Made by a program: the position numbers and the translations under genes. The notes under the pieces were generated by a model that was not told the DNA's origin, did not search any database, and was given only the letters and a program-made list of their open reading frames with translations. Of a stretch of 64,000 nucleotides of DNA, positions 11,018 to 21,822 are shown piece after piece. Source of the DNA: Novosphingobium sp. (GTDB lineage Bacteria; Pseudomonadota; Alphaproteobacteria; Sphingomonadales; Sphingomonadaceae). How positions within the stretch are numbered: the first letter of the stretch is position 1; every line of letters starts with the position of its first letter. The stretch spans positions 5,864 to 69,863 of the forward strand of contig JBKBKD010000012.1 of NCBI GenBank assembly GCA_046294595.1, written 5' to 3'.

Positions 11018-11272
11018 AGCGTCTGCATGGCAGAAGCGCTCCCGTCCGGGCACATGCCGTTCCAGGGATTGATGCACGGCATGCGCCTGTTAAACCGGAG
11101 TGGCTCAGCCCGCGAGAGACGCGGCGAAAACGGGCTGAGGGGCAATCGCGGTCATGTCAGTGCGCGTTCAAGGATCACGCTCTGTCACGGATCTGCTAGC
11201 ACGGGTCTGGCGGTGCGATTGTGCGCAAGGTCACGCCCGGTGCTGTAAAAGCACGACATGGCCCTTTCCGGC

Positions 11273-11491
11273 TCATCGCCCATCGGACAGGCCGGGCTGC
11301 CGTGCAGCGCCCGCCAGCGTCGTGCCGGACTTGTCGGGCAAGGTCCAGATGATGAGGTTCATCACCATGACCCCCGCCAGCGTCAGCATCAGCGCCGGCC
11401 GCTTGCGCTCTCCCCTCCGCCACAGGAATGCCGCGCCCAGCAGCAGGGCGAGCGCGGCCAGCATCAGCAGGGAAAGCGCAGTATCAAGCAT
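11273..11491 (-). CDS. Small membrane protein (2 TM), hypothetical
   Basis: Two hydrophobic stretches. Starts 9 bp after the upstream stop on the same strand. Confidence 0.65.
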   Translation of the reverse strand: MLDTALSLLMLAALALLLGAAFLWRRGERKRPALMLTLAGVMVMNLIIWTLPDKSGTTLAGAARQPGLSDGR

Positions 11492-11500
11492 CGGCCCGCG

Positions 11501-11860
11501 TTAGCCGCCAAACAGCCCCTTGGCCATGCCGGCAATGTCGTTCAGCGGGTTGCCGTCGCCGTCCTTGTCAAGGAAGGCCGTGGCCTGCTTGAGCGCATCG
11601 GAGTTCTGGCCCAGCGCGGCCGTGATCCCGGCAAGCCCGCCCTCGCCGCCCAACTGGCCCAGCATGTCCTGAAGCTTGCCCGCATCCAGCCCGGACTTCG
11701 CAGCCGCCACGCTCACCGTGTCGCCTTCGGCCTGATGCCCTGCGGTGAGCGCGGCAAGCGCCTTTTCCGCCATGGCCGGATCAAGACCGACCTTCTCGGC
11801 AAGCCCCTTGACATCAAGGTTGCCGGAAACCTGGCCAAGGATCGAATCAAACAGGCTCAT
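11501..11860 (-). CDS. Conserved hypothetical Gly-rich protein (YidB/DUF937-like)
   Basis: MSLFDSILGQ start and LDKDGDGNPLNDI..MAKGLFG end. GGAG RBS. Confidence 0.75.
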   Translation of the reverse strand: MSLFDSILGQVSGNLDVKGLAEKVGLDPAMAEKALAALTAGHQAEGDTVSVAAAKSGLDAGKLQDMLGQLGGEGGLAGITAALGQNSDALKQATAFLDKDGDGNPLNDIAGMAKGLFGG

Positions 11861-11988
11861 AATTCATCTCCACTTGCGGACGGATGCATCCTATCAGCCG
11901 CCGCCGCCCGCGCCAGTTGTCACGGACAGGGACTGGACCGGATCGGCTGATTTCGCAAAGGTCCGCCCTGCTCCGTGCTCCCGCAAGG

Positions 11989-12636
11989 TCAAAGCGCCAT
12001 GATGCGCTTTGCCACCACCTCCTCGCGTTCGGCGACGCTTGCCCATGCGGGCCGCTGCGCCACACGCGCAAACCAGGCCGCCGTGCGGGGCCGCACGGCC
12101 GCATCCACACCGTGCCCGACATAGGCGAGCGTGCGGAACGTCGATGCCACGGCAATGTCGGCAAGGCTGAACGCATCGCCTAGCAGCCAGCCGTCCTCTG
12201 GCACTTCGCTTTCGAACCAGTCCACCCAGCGCGGCAGTTCGGCCTCGCCCTGAAGCGCCACGGCCTCGTCGCCCCCCACCTTCAGCAGCTTCGGCCCCAC
12301 CAGCCGGTTGAACAGGATCTTCAGGCCCGATGCCCCCAGCACGGTATCGGCGAACTCGTCCCAGAAAACCGCCTTCGCGCGCTGCTTCGCATCGTCGGGT
12401 ATCAGGCGCGGCGCCGGATACTGTGCGTCAAGGTAGAAGGCGATGGCCGTCGAATCGGCGAGGGTGAAGCCATCGTCATCGATCGCCGGAATCTTGCCCA
12501 GCGGGCTTGCGGCCAGGAACTCCGGGTCCGTGCTGCCCGGTCCGCCGCGCGCCAGATCCCACGAAATCCCCTTTTCCGTAGCGATAACCGCCACCTTGCG
12601 CACGAAGGGCGACAGGAGCGCGCCATAGAGCTTCAT
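11989..12636 (-). CDS. Glutathione S-transferase family protein
   Basis: [31 protein letters not shown] and FSLADIAV. The long N-terminal extension in the ORF track is the antisense of cobS. Confidence 0.92.
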   Translation of the reverse strand: MKLYGALLSPFVRKVAVIATEKGISWDLARGGPGSTDPEFLAASPLGKIPAIDDDGFTLADSTAIAFYLDAQYPAPRLIPDDAKQRAKAVFWDEFADTVLGASGLKILFNRLVGPKLLKVGGDEAVALQGEAELPRWVDWFESEVPEDGWLLGDAFSLADIAVASTFRTLAYVGHGVDAAVRPRTAAWFARVAQRPAWASVAEREEVVAKRIMAL

Positions 12637-12717
12637 CGACAATTCTCCCATTCTATCGGACAGGTTTGCGCCAAAGCTTATTGCAGCGCCGCGCCCTCGC
12701 GTATAGGCGATGCAGCG

Positions 12718-13698
12718 ATGAGCGAACTTCCGAACAGCCACGCGACGACGCTGCTCGCCGCGCCCGACACCGAAATCGATGTCCGCGAAACTTTCGGCAT
12801 CGATATCGACATGAAGGTTCCCGCCTTCTCGGCGGCCGACGAACGCGTGCCTGACCGCGACGATACCTACGTGTTCGATCCGGATACCACGCTGGCGATC
12901 CTTGCGGGCTTTGCCTACAACCGCCGCGTCATGGTGCAGGGCTATCACGGCACCGGCAAGTCCACGCACATCGAACAGGTGGCCGCGCGTCTCAACTGGC
13001 CGTGCATCCGCATCAACCTCGATGCCCACATCAGCCGCATCGATCTGGTCGGCCGCGATGCCATCGTCCTGCGCGATGGCCTGCAAGTGACCGAGTTCCG
13101 CGAAGGTCTGCTGCCCTGGGCGCTGCAAACGCCGACCGCGCTGGTGTTCGACGAATACGACGCGGGCCGCCCCGACGTGATGTTCGTGATCCAGCGCGTG
13201 CTGGAAACCGAAGGCAAGCTTACCCTGCTCGACCAGAACCGGGTGATCCGCCCCAACAGGTTCTTCCGCCTTTTCGCCACGGCCAACACCGTCGGCCTTG
13301 GCGATACGTCGGGCCTCTATCACGGCACGCAGGCGATCAACCAGGGCCAGATGGACCGCTGGAACCTTGTCGTTGCCCTGAACTATCTGCCTGAGGCAAC
13401 CGAAGTCGAGATCGTCACCAAGAAGGTGCCGACCCTCGACCCGAAGACCGTGACCGACATGGTGCGGGTGGCCAACCTGTCGCGGCAGGGCTTCATCAAC
13501 GGCGACATTTCCACCGTGATGAGCCCGCGCACCGTGATCTCGTGGGCGCAGAACAGCCAGATCTTCAACGATGTGGGCTTTGCCTTCCGCCTCTCGTTCC
13601 TCAACAAGTGCGACGAGACGGAGCGCGTTCTGGTGGCCGAATACTATCAGCGCGTCTTTGGCAAGGATCTGCCCGAAAGCGTCGCGCACCGGGGGTGA
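12718..13698 (+). CDS. cobS: Cobaltochelatase subunit CobS (AAA+)
   Basis: [41 protein letters not shown] and [11 protein letters not shown]. Confidence 0.95.
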   Translation: MSELPNSHATTLLAAPDTEIDVRETFGIDIDMKVPAFSAADERVPDRDDTYVFDPDTTLAILAGFAYNRRVMVQGYHGTGKSTHIEQVAARLNWPCIRINLDAHISRIDLVGRDAIVLRDGLQVTEFREGLLPWALQTPTALVFDEYDAGRPDVMFVIQRVLETEGKLTLLDQNRVIRPNRFFRLFATANTVGLGDTSGLYHGTQAINQGQMDRWNLVVALNYLPEATEVEIVTKKVPTLDPKTVTDMVRVANLSRQGFINGDISTVMSPRTVISWAQNSQIFNDVGFAFRLSFLNKCDETERVLVAEYYQRVFGKDLPESVAHRG

Positions 13699-13719
13699 AC
13701 CCGGCGCCGGTGAAAGAGG

Positions 13720-13747
13720 AAAGGCCCCCGTCCATCCGGGGGCCTTT
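13720..13747. terminator. Probable bidirectional intrinsic terminator
   Basis: aaaggcccccg-tccatc-cgggggccttt followed by gtctttt, between convergent genes. Confidence 0.8.
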
Positions 13748-13759
13748 GTCTTTTGCGGA

Positions 13760-14875
13760 TCAGCCGTTCGGCACGATCAGATACTTCTCGCCCGTGCGCC
13801 GGGCGTTGTATTCCAGCGCGGCCTCGCGGCTCAGCGCCTGTTCCAGGCTCACCCGCGCCTTGTAGTGGCTGGCGAACGTCGTGGTCAGTTCGGCCATCAC
13901 CCGGCTGCGCATCCGCTCCACCACCTGCGGCCCCAGCTTCGCCATCCACGGCGTCAGCAGCCAGCCCGAAACATCCCAGACGAAGCCGAAGTTGCGGTTG
14001 AGGATCGTGGGCGAAAGATCAAGCGCGCCATAGATGAAGGCGTGCTTGGGGCTGTTCGATCCATAGCGGCTGTAGGCCGCGCCGCTGTTCGCCACCTGCT
14101 CCATCACCGAAAGGATCTGGCTGACCAGCTTGCCGCCGCCGATGGCATCGAAGGCCATGGTCGCCTTCGTGGCCGCCAGCGCTTCGGCGAGATCGTCGAG
14201 GAACGACTCCTTCGAGCTATCGACCACATGCTCGGCGCCGATTGCCTTCAGAAGCGCCACCTGCGCCTCGCTGCGCACCACGTTCACCAGCGGAATGCCA
14301 TCGGCCTTGCAGATCTTGACCAGCATCTGCCCAAGGTTGGATGCAGCGGCCGTATGGACCAGCGCCTTGTGGCCAAGGTGGCGCATGGTTTCGGTAAAGC
14401 TCAGCGCCGTCAGCGGGTTGACGAAGGCCGATGCGCCCTGCTCGGCGCTGATGCCCTCTGCCAGTTCAAGGCACATGGCGGCGTCCGCCTTGGCAATCGT
14501 GGCATACATCCCGCCGGGAAAGCAGGTGACGCGCTTGCCCAGCAGGGCCTGCGCCTCTGGCGCCTCGCCCGCAGCGATCACCGTGCCTGCCCCCTCGTTG
14601 CCCACGGGCATGGCCATGCCGTGCCGCGCCGCCATGGCCCGCACTGCCGGATCGGGCATTCGCGCCACGATGCGCCCGCCCGAAAAATCGGCATTGGCAA
14701 TGTCTGCCGGGCCGAACAGCAGGCCGAGATCGGACGGATTGATCGGCGTCGCTTCGACCCGGATCACCACCTCGCTGCCCGTGGGTGCCGCAAGCGTGAA
14801 ATCCTCGATCGAAACGGTCAGGGTTCCGTCGGAATCGAGTTGCGAAACAATGCGCTGGCCGTTCAGGTCGGTCAT
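13760..14875 (-). CDS. MDR-family (zinc-independent) oxidoreductase
   Basis: ATPINPSD, GNEGAGTV, FVNPLTAL, TAAASNLG and TGEKYLI. Confidence 0.88.
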   Translation of the reverse strand: MTDLNGQRIVSQLDSDGTLTVSIEDFTLAAPTGSEVVIRVEATPINPSDLGLLFGPADIANADFSGGRIVARMPDPAVRAMAARHGMAMPVGNEGAGTVIAAGEAPEAQALLGKRVTCFPGGMYATIAKADAAMCLELAEGISAEQGASAFVNPLTALSFTETMRHLGHKALVHTAAASNLGQMLVKICKADGIPLVNVVRSEAQVALLKAIGAEHVVDSSKESFLDDLAEALAATKATMAFDAIGGGKLVSQILSVMEQVANSGAAYSRYGSNSPKHAFIYGALDLSPTILNRNFGFVWDVSGWLLTPWMAKLGPQVVERMRSRVMAELTTTFASHYKARVSLEQALSREAALEYNARRTGEKYLIVPNG

Positions 14876-14878
14876 CTT

Positions 14879-15628
14879 CTACTCTCCGGGATAAGTTGCC
14901 CGCACGAAGTAGAGACCTTCGGGCGGCGCGTTAAGTCCCAATCTGCAACGGTCTCTCGCGGCCAGCGCCTCGGCCACCTGCCGAACCGGCCAGGCCCCCT
15001 GCCCCACCAGCGCCAGGCAGCCCACCATGGACCGCACCTGATGATGCAGGAAGCTGCGCGCCGCTGCCTCCACGATCACCCGGTCGCCCTCGCGCCGCAC
15101 ATCCAGCCGGTCCAGCGTCTTGACCGGACTGGCCGACTGGCAGTGCACCGAACGGAACGTGGTGAAATCGTGGTGCCCCACCAGCGCCTGCGCCGCCTCG
15201 TGCATGGCCTCATGGTCCAGCGGCTTGGCGATCCGCCACGCTCTCCCGGCCTCCAGCGTCAAGGGCGCGCGCCGATTGACGATGCGGTATTCATAGGCGC
15301 GCCCGGTGCAGGAAAAGCGCGCGTGCCAGTCTTCGCTCACTTCGGTGCAGTCCAGCACCGCCACGGCCTCTTCGGCCAGCCGGAGGTGGGCGTTCAGCGC
15401 CTCCATCATGCGGAACGGATCGAAGCGCCGCGCCAGATCGAAATGCGCGCGCATCGCCAGCGCATGAACGCCGGTGTCGGTGCGCCCGGCGGCATGGAGC
15501 ACCACCGCCTCGCCCGTCACGCGATGGATGGCATCTTCCACAGCCTGCTGCACGCTGGGACCGTGCGCCTGCCGCTGGAAGCCCATGTAGGGCAGGCCGT
15601 TCCATTCAAGGGTCAGGGCAAAGCGCAT
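14879..15628 (-). CDS. truA: tRNA pseudouridine(38-40) synthase
   Basis: [24 protein letters not shown] and [12 protein letters not shown]. Confidence 0.96.
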   Translation of the reverse strand: MRFALTLEWNGLPYMGFQRQAHGPSVQQAVEDAIHRVTGEAVVLHAAGRTDTGVHALAMRAHFDLARRFDPFRMMEALNAHLRLAEEAVAVLDCTEVSEDWHARFSCTGRAYEYRIVNRRAPLTLEAGRAWRIAKPLDHEAMHEAAQALVGHHDFTTFRSVHCQSASPVKTLDRLDVRREGDRVIVEAAARSFLHHQVRSMVGCLALVGQGAWPVRQVAEALAARDRCRLGLNAPPEGLYFVRATYPGE

Positions 15629-16533
15629 CAGCCCAGCCGCGTTCCTGCCGGGATCGCCCGTCCGCGCAGGAGCGCAGCCGTCTCCATCGCGGGCCGTCCG
15701 GCGCGCTGGATCAGCAAGGGCCGGATCGCGCCGCTGCCGCAGGCGATCGTCAGGCCATCGTCAAGCGTCACGCCTGCCGTTCCGGCACCATCGACAACTT
15801 CAGCCGCCAGCACCCGGTAACGCTCGCCCTCCAGTTCGAAGAAGGCCCCCGGCGCAGGCGCAAAGGCGCGCACCTGGCGTTCGGCGGCGCGCGCATCGGC
15901 CGCAAAGTCAAGACGGCTCTCGGCCTTGTCGATCTTGCGGGCATAGGTCACGCCTTCATTAGGCTGCGCCACTGGCGGATAGGCGGCCGGATTGTCCAGA
16001 ACCCGAACCATCAGCGCCGCGCCCTTTGCCGCAAGCTCGGCGGTAAGGTCGCCCGCCGTCTTGCCATCCACGGGCGTTTCCGCCTTGGCCAGCATCGGCC
16101 CGGTGTCCAGCCCGCGCTCCATCTGCATGATCGTCACCCCGGTCATCGCATCGCCGGCAAGGATCGCGCGCTGCACCGGCGCCGCGCCGCGCCAGCGCGG
16201 CAGGATCGATCCATGGACGTTGAGGCACCCCATGCGCGGCGCCTCAAGCACCGCCTGCGGCAGGATCAGGCCATAGGCCGCCACCACCGCCACATCGGCC
16301 TCGATCGCGGCAAAGGCGGCCTGTTCTTCCGCACCCTTCAGCGATACCGGCGTGCGCACTGCGATGCCATGGGCCTCGGCCGCCAGATGCACCGGCGATG
16401 GTTGCAGCCTCTTGCCCCGGCCTGCCGGACGGGGCGGCTGGCTGTAGGCGGCCACCACCGCGTGCCCCGCGGCAACCAGCGCTTCCAGCGTCGGCACCGC
16501 GAAATCGGGCGTTCCCATGAAGATGATGCGCAT
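15628..16533 (-). CDS. fmt: Methionyl-tRNA formyltransferase
   Basis: [35 protein letters not shown] and GLDTG. Confidence 0.96.
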   Translation of the reverse strand: MRIIFMGTPDFAVPTLEALVAAGHAVVAAYSQPPRPAGRGKRLQPSPVHLAAEAHGIAVRTPVSLKGAEEQAAFAAIEADVAVVAAYGLILPQAVLEAPRMGCLNVHGSILPRWRGAAPVQRAILAGDAMTGVTIMQMERGLDTGPMLAKAETPVDGKTAGDLTAELAAKGAALMVRVLDNPAAYPPVAQPNEGVTYARKIDKAESRLDFAADARAAERQVRAFAPAPGAFFELEGERYRVLAAEVVDGAGTAGVTLDDGLTIACGSGAIRPLLIQRAGRPAMETAALLRGRAIPAGTRLG

Positions 16534-16585
16534 AACCATCGCAAATGGCCTTCCGTTTGTCGGCTCCGGCCCTATCTGTGCCGTC

Positions 16586-17182
16586 ATGGCATCGCAAGAG
16601 ATCGAGGCACTTTCCGGCGCACTGGCGCGCTTGCCGGGGCTTGGCCCCCGTTCGGCCCGGCGCGCCGTCCTCTGGCTCATCAAGCGCCGCGAAACCGCAC
16701 TGCCGCAGCTTCTCGATGCGCTGGGCAAGGTGCGGGAACTGCTGGTGGAATGCGGCACCTGCGGCAATGTCGATACCACCAACCCCTGCGGCATCTGTGC
16801 CGATCCGCGCCGCGATGCCCGCGCCATCTGCGTGGTCGAGGAAGTGGCCGATCTGTGGGCGCTCGATCGTGCGCGGCTGTTCACCGGCAAGTATCACGTG
16901 CTGGGCGGACGCCTTTCGGCACTCGAAGGCGTGCGCCCCGAAGACCTCGCCATCGGCGCGCTGCTCGATCGGGTGGCGCGGGGCGGCATCGACGAGGTGG
17001 TTCTGGCCATGAACGCCACGCTCGAAGGCCAGACCACCGCGCATTACATCGCGGAACGGCTGGAAGGCGCGGCAGTGCGCGTCACGCAACTGGCGCATGG
17101 CCTGCCGGTCGGCGGCGAACTGGACTATCTCGACGAAGGCACCTTGGCGCAGGCGCTGCGGGCGCGCAGGCCGGTATCATAG
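16586..17182 (+). CDS. recR: Recombination mediator RecR
   Basis: [12 protein letters not shown]4 zinc finger CGTCGN...CGIC, and Toprim motifs EGQTTAHY and [11 protein letters not shown]. Confidence 0.96.
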   Translation: MASQEIEALSGALARLPGLGPRSARRAVLWLIKRRETALPQLLDALGKVRELLVECGTCGNVDTTNPCGICADPRRDARAICVVEEVADLWALDRARLFTGKYHVLGGRLSALEGVRPEDLAIGALLDRVARGGIDEVVLAMNATLEGQTTAHYIAERLEGAAVRVTQLAHGLPVGGELDYLDEGTLAQALRARRPVS

Positions 17183-17226
17183 CCGCCATACTTGCGAAGC
17201 CTGCGCACATTGCCTATTTGCGCCCC

Positions 17227-17793
17227 ATGGCCATCCGCGAAATCCTCGAAGTTCCCGACCCGCGCCTCAAGCAGGTCTCCGTCCCCGTCGAAAAGTTCGA
17301 CGACGAGCTGAAGACGCTTGTCGAGGACATGTTCGAGACGATGTATGATGCCCCCGGCATCGGCCTTGCCGCCATTCAGGTGGGCGTGCCGCTGCGCGTG
17401 CTGGTGATCGATCTCCAGCCCGAAGACCCGGATGCCGAACCGGTTGCCTGCAACCACGATGGCCACCACCATCATCACCAGCCGACGAAGCGCGAACCGC
17501 GCGTGTTCATCAACCCGGAGATCCTCGATCCTTCGGCGGAACTCAGCGTCTATCAGGAAGGCTGCCTCTCGGTTCCGGAGATCTACGCCGAAGTGGAACG
17601 CCCCGCCACGATCCGCGCGCGCTGGCAGGATCTCGATGGCAACGTGCATGAAGAGCAGATGGACGGCCTCCTGGCCACCTGCCTCCAGCACGAAATGGAC
17701 CACCTCGAAGGCGTGCTCTTCATCGACCATCTCTCGCGCCTCAAGCGCAACATGGCGCTGAAGAAGCTGGAAAAGCTGCGCAAGGCGGCCTGA
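17227..17793 (+). CDS. def: Peptide deformylase
   Basis: [13 protein letters not shown] and QHEMDHL. Confidence 0.96.
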   Translation: MAIREILEVPDPRLKQVSVPVEKFDDELKTLVEDMFETMYDAPGIGLAAIQVGVPLRVLVIDLQPEDPDAEPVACNHDGHHHHHQPTKREPRVFINPEILDPSAELSVYQEGCLSVPEIYAEVERPATIRARWQDLDGNVHEEQMDGLLATCLQHEMDHLEGVLFIDHLSRLKRNMALKKLEKLRKAA

Positions 17794-17799
17794 TCGGCA

Positions 17800-17826
17800 C
17801 TTCCTTGCGGACAGACCGCAAGGGAG
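17800..17826 (+). terminator. Stem-loop after def
   Basis: cttccttgcgg-acaga-ccgcaagggag. There is no strong U-tract. Confidence 0.45.
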
Positions 17827-17885
17827 CGATTGCCAGACTTCCCGGCAGGCTGTAGGTTCACGCTTCGTTCTGATGCGGAGCCATT

Positions 17886-19403
17886 GTGGACCAGTCGCTG
17901 ATTCTCGTCATCCTTGCTCTCCTTGCCGGTCTGGCGATTGGCTGGTTTTTCGGCTCGCGCCCGGTGGCCGAATGGCGTGCGCGGGCTGACAGCCGCGACG
18001 CCGAGGCGCGGGAGCAAGAAGGCACGATCAAGGCGATGACGGTCGATCTGGCGGCCATGGCCGAACGGACCAGGGCGCTCGAAGCCAGCCTTGCCGAATT
18101 GCAGGCGGTGCGCCGCGAGCGTGACGAACTGGCCCCCGCCCTTGCCGCCGCGCGCCAGCAGGCCGCCGATGCCGCCACATTGCGCGCGGAACTCGCCGAA
18201 GTGCGCGCCAGCCGCGAGGCGCTGGGAGCCGAACTTGCGCGGATGAAGGCCGATGCCGCCAACTTCGCGGAACAGAAGCGGCTCCTCGTCGAAGCGCAGG
18301 ATGCCTTGCGCAAGGAGTTCGAGAATGCGGGCAGCAAGGTGCTGGAGAAGGCACAGGAAACCTTCCTCGCCCGTGCCCAGTCGCGCTTCGAGGAAAGCGA
18401 GAAGACCAGCGCCGAGCGGCTGAAGTCGCTGCTCGCCCCGGTCGATCAGCGGCTGAAAAGCTATGAGGAGCAGGTCCAGAACCTTGAGAAGCAGCGAGTC
18501 GATGCGTTCGGCCAGCTCACCGGCCTGATCCAGTCGATGCGCGACGGGCAGGAAGCCGTGCGCGCCGCCGCCGCCCAGCTTGGCAATTCCCTGCGCAATG
18601 GTCCCAAGACGCGAGGCCGCTGGGGCGAACTGCAACTGCGCAACGTGCTCGAACAGTGCGGTCTTTCCGAACACACCGATTTCATCACCGAACATTCGGT
18701 GGAGACCGAGGAAGGCCGCCTGCGCCCCGATGCCATCGTGCGCGTGCCCGGCAACAAGCTGCTGGTGATCGATGCCAAGGTTTCGCTCAACGCCTATCAG
18801 GACGCCTTCGAGGCCGAGGACGAGGATACCCGCAAGATCGCGCTCAATGCCCACGTCCAGTCGATGCGCAACCACATCCAGACGCTGGGGGCCAAGTCCT
18901 ACCAATCGCAGTTCGAGGAAGCGCCCGACTACGTCCTGATGTTCGTGCCCGGCGAACACTTCATTGCCGCCGCGCTCGAACGCGATCCCGCGCTGTGGGA
19001 TTTCGCCTTCGAACGCCGCGTGCTGCTCGCCAGCCCGACGAACCTTGTCGCCATCGCCCGCACCGTGGCGCAGGTCTGGCGGCAGGACGGCCTTGCCCGC
19101 GAAGCGCGCGAGATCGGGCGCATGGGCGGCGAACTCTATGACCGGCTGGCCGTGGCGGCCGAACATCTCAAGCGCGTGGGCAACGGGCTGGACAGCGCGG
19201 TGAGCAACTACAACAAGTTCGTCGGAAGCTTCGAACGCAACGTGCTGTCTGCCGGGCGGCGCCTGCGCGACAAGCACATCGAGATCGGCAAGCGCGAGAT
19301 CGAGGAAGTCCCTCTGGTGGAATCCGCGCCGCGCTATGCCGAAGCGGAAGCCCCCGCCCTTGCCCCGATGGCCCATGACGGAGGCGATGCGGCGGCCGAA
19401 TGA
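17886..19403 (+). CDS. rmuC: DNA recombination protein RmuC
   Basis: N-terminal TM, coiled coil, RGRWGELQLRNVLE, LRPD, IDAKVSL and MFVPGE. Confidence 0.93.
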   Translation: MDQSLILVILALLAGLAIGWFFGSRPVAEWRARADSRDAEAREQEGTIKAMTVDLAAMAERTRALEASLAELQAVRRERDELAPALAAARQQAADAATLRAELAEVRASREALGAELARMKADAANFAEQKRLLVEAQDALRKEFENAGSKVLEKAQETFLARAQSRFEESEKTSAERLKSLLAPVDQRLKSYEEQVQNLEKQRVDAFGQLTGLIQSMRDGQEAVRAAAAQLGNSLRNGPKTRGRWGELQLRNVLEQCGLSEHTDFITEHSVETEEGRLRPDAIVRVPGNKLLVIDAKVSLNAYQDAFEAEDEDTRKIALNAHVQSMRNHIQTLGAKSYQSQFEEAPDYVLMFVPGEHFIAAALERDPALWDFAFERRVLLASPTNLVAIARTVAQVWRQDGLAREAREIGRMGGELYDRLAVAAEHLKRVGNGLDSAVSNYNKFVGSFERNVLSAGRRLRDKHIEIGKREIEEVPLVESAPRYAEAEAPALAPMAHDGGDAAAE

Positions 19404-20182
19404 ACGGATGGCAGCGCCCTTGCCTTGCCCCCCTTCTCGCTGCCCTGGCGCTGGCGGGATGCAGCAGCGAGGCAGAGCCGCAGCCGCAAGGGAAGCCGTC
19501 ACTCGCCGCTCCGGCATCCGCCCCGGCCAAGGCCGACGCAGGCCCCGCGCCCCGAAGCGTGCCGGAACCCGCCATTGCGGCCTCGGCAGGCGCGCAAGAA
19601 CCGGAGGCGCTGGCGGGCCTCGCCTACCCGCCGCAGGATGAATGCGCGGCACGGCCCGGCTGGCCTGCCTTCCGCAAGAGCCTTGGCAACGCCATCCGCG
19701 CCCGCGATGCCGATGCCCTCGCCGCCCTTGCCGCTCCCGACATCATGCTCGATTATGGGGGCAGCAGCGGCATTGCCGAACTGAAGCGGCGCCTTGCCGA
19801 TCCGGCAGGCGGCCTGTGGCAGGAACTGGCCGCGATCCTGCCGCTGGGCTGCGCGGTCCAAGGCGGGCTGGCGGCCATGCCATGGGTATTCTGGAACGTG
19901 CCCGAAACGGTCGACAGCTATCACGCCATGCTGGTGCTGGGCGATGCCACCCCGCTGCGCCAGACGCCCGGCGGCAAGGTCATCAGCCCGGTCGGCTGGT
20001 TTCTCGTCGGAATCGATCCGATGGCATTCGACCGGGCCAGGCCGGAAACACAGGTCACGCTCGACAATGGCCGGAAGGGCTGGATCGAAACGGCAAGACT
20101 GCGCAGCCTGCTCGACTACCGGCTGATTGCCGAACCGGTCGATGGAACCTGGCGCATCACCGCCTTCATCGCGGGTGATTGA
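19400..20182 (+). CDS. Hypothetical lipoprotein
   Basis: Lipobox LAGC. ATGA overlap with rmuC. Ends in FIAGD. Confidence 0.7.
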   Translation: MNGWQRPCLAPLLAALALAGCSSEAEPQPQGKPSLAAPASAPAKADAGPAPRSVPEPAIAASAGAQEPEALAGLAYPPQDECAARPGWPAFRKSLGNAIRARDADALAALAAPDIMLDYGGSSGIAELKRRLADPAGGLWQELAAILPLGCAVQGGLAAMPWVFWNVPETVDSYHAMLVLGDATPLRQTPGGKVISPVGWFLVGIDPMAFDRARPETQVTLDNGRKGWIETARLRSLLDYRLIAEPVDGTWRITAFIAGD

Positions 20183-20190
20183 TCCGCCGG

Positions 20191-20610
20191 TCAGGACGCC
20201 TTGAGCTGGAGTTGCAGTTCATGTCCGCCCGACACCAGCCGCATGGCGGAACCGCGGCGCTCCATTTCAGGCGCGGCTGACAGCAGGGCGTTGACGGCCT
20301 CCTCCTGCGCCCAGACCGGCCCTTCGCAATACATCCGCGTTGCCATGAGCGGACCGGCCAGCAGGCGGCTGCCTTCGACGCGGTATTCGCCGCCGATGGA
20401 ATTGCAGCCGACATGGGCGGAAAGCCGCTCGGCATCGAAGCGCATCATCGCGCGGTCCGGCGCGACGGGGGCAGCGCCATCGATCTTCACGATCGTCCAA
20501 TGCGTTCCGGCAAGGCCCGCTGCGCTGCCGCTCCCGGTCGCGCAGCCGCCTGCCAGAGCGGTGGCGGCCATGATCGTGACGATGGCGCAAAGGCGGCGGG
20601 CTGAGATCAT
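20191..20610 (-). CDS. META-domain (HslJ-like) lipoprotein
   Basis: LAGGC lipobox, LAGTHW, GCNSIGGEY and MATRMYC. Confidence 0.88.
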   Translation of the reverse strand: MISARRLCAIVTIMAATALAGGCATGSGSAAGLAGTHWTIVKIDGAAPVAPDRAMMRFDAERLSAHVGCNSIGGEYRVEGSRLLAGPLMATRMYCEGPVWAQEEAVNALLSAAPEMERRGSAMRLVSGGHELQLQLKAS

Positions 20611-20668
20611 GCACGCAGGCTAGCCCCGCCTGCCTGAGCAGCCGATTAACCGCGCCCTACGCAATCGT

Positions 20669-21484
20669 TCAGCCTGCGGCGCCCGCCTCAAGCCGCGCCA
20701 GCACTTCATAGGCCAGCACCGCGCCCGCGACAGCGGCGTTGAGGCTGTCTGCCCGCCCCTTCATGGGCATGGTCACGCGCAGGTCGCAGGCCAGCTCGTA
20801 TTCAGGCGGCAATCCGCGCGATTCGTTGCCCACCATGACAAAGCACGGCGCGGCATAGGGCGCATCGCGATAGGGCACCGCATCGCGCAGCGATGCGGCC
20901 ACCAGTTGCCCCGCACCGGCGCGAAGCCAGGCCAGAAACGCATCCCAGCGGGCCTGCGCAAGCTGCCGCGTGAAGATCGCCCCCATGCTGGCGCGCACCG
21001 CCTCGACCGAGAAGGGATCGGCGCATTCATCGATCAGGATCAGCCCGCCGGCGCCCACCGCATCGGCGGTGCGCAGCATGGTGCCCAGATTGCCCGGATC
21101 GCGCATGGCATGGGCCACCAGCCAGATGGAGGCGGCGTTGCGGTCGATCAGCCGGATCGAGGTGTCCCATTCGGCAAAGACCCCGGCAACGGCCTGCGGG
21201 TTCTCCTTGCCTGTCACCTTGGCCAGGATATCCAGCGGCAGCTCGATCACCTCGCCCCCGGCATGGGCAACCTCGGCCTCCAGTCCGTCGAGCAGCGGAT
21301 GGCCTTCGCGGCCCTGCGCCATCAGCAGCATTTCCGGCAGGCGTCCGCCTTCGCGCGCATCCGTCAGCAGGCGCAGCCCTTCGGCCAGGAACTTTCGCTC
21401 GCGCCGCCGGTGCTTCTTCTCGCGCAGCGAACGGACGAACTTGACCGTCGGGTTGGAATAGCCGGTGATGATCTTGCGCGTCAT
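20669..21484 (-). CDS. TrmH/SpoU family RNA methyltransferase
   Basis: DPGNLGTMLRTADA, VRASMGA, GNESRGL and DSLNAAVA. Confidence 0.93.
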   Translation of the reverse strand: MTRKIITGYSNPTVKFVRSLREKKHRRRERKFLAEGLRLLTDAREGGRLPEMLLMAQGREGHPLLDGLEAEVAHAGGEVIELPLDILAKVTGKENPQAVAGVFAEWDTSIRLIDRNAASIWLVAHAMRDPGNLGTMLRTADAVGAGGLILIDECADPFSVEAVRASMGAIFTRQLAQARWDAFLAWLRAGAGQLVAASLRDAVPYRDAPYAAPCFVMVGNESRGLPPEYELACDLRVTMPMKGRADSLNAAVAGAVLAYEVLARLEAGAAG

Positions 21485-21524
21485 CGCGCCCCCATGCGGC
21501 AGCAATGCGATCGCGGCAAGCGAA

Positions 21525-21821
21525 TCAGTCTTCGCCGAAGCCGTCCTTGATCAGGCCGGTCAGTTTCATGAGGATGGCGTCAGCCTCGCCTTCCGGCCCG
21601 GCCACGGCAACATCAACGGTATCGCCGCGCGCCGCCCCCAGCATCATCAGCCCCAGGATCGATCCGCCATTGGCATCGGTGCCGTCCTTGCTCACCGTCA
21701 CTTCGAAACCCTGCGGCAGCTTGGCCACGGCATTGACGAACTTGGCGCTGGCGCGGGCATGGAGGCCCCGCTGGTTGACGATCGTCACGGTTTCGCGGGT
21801 GACATAGCCCTGTTCTGCCAT
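21525..21821 (-). CDS. ptsH: HPr/NPr phosphocarrier
   Basis: IVNQRGLHARASAKFV and SILGLMML. Confidence 0.92.
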   Translation of the reverse strand: MAEQGYVTRETVTIVNQRGLHARASAKFVNAVAKLPQGFEVTVSKDGTDANGGSILGLMMLGAARGDTVDVAVAGPEGEADAILMKLTGLIKDGFGED

Positions 21822-21822
21822 C

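Noticed and set aside
10876-11199. Basic ORF with MKRAG repeats
   Set aside because: The repeat is simply the translation of the 15-bp DNA tandem repeat. No family motif or other coding support.
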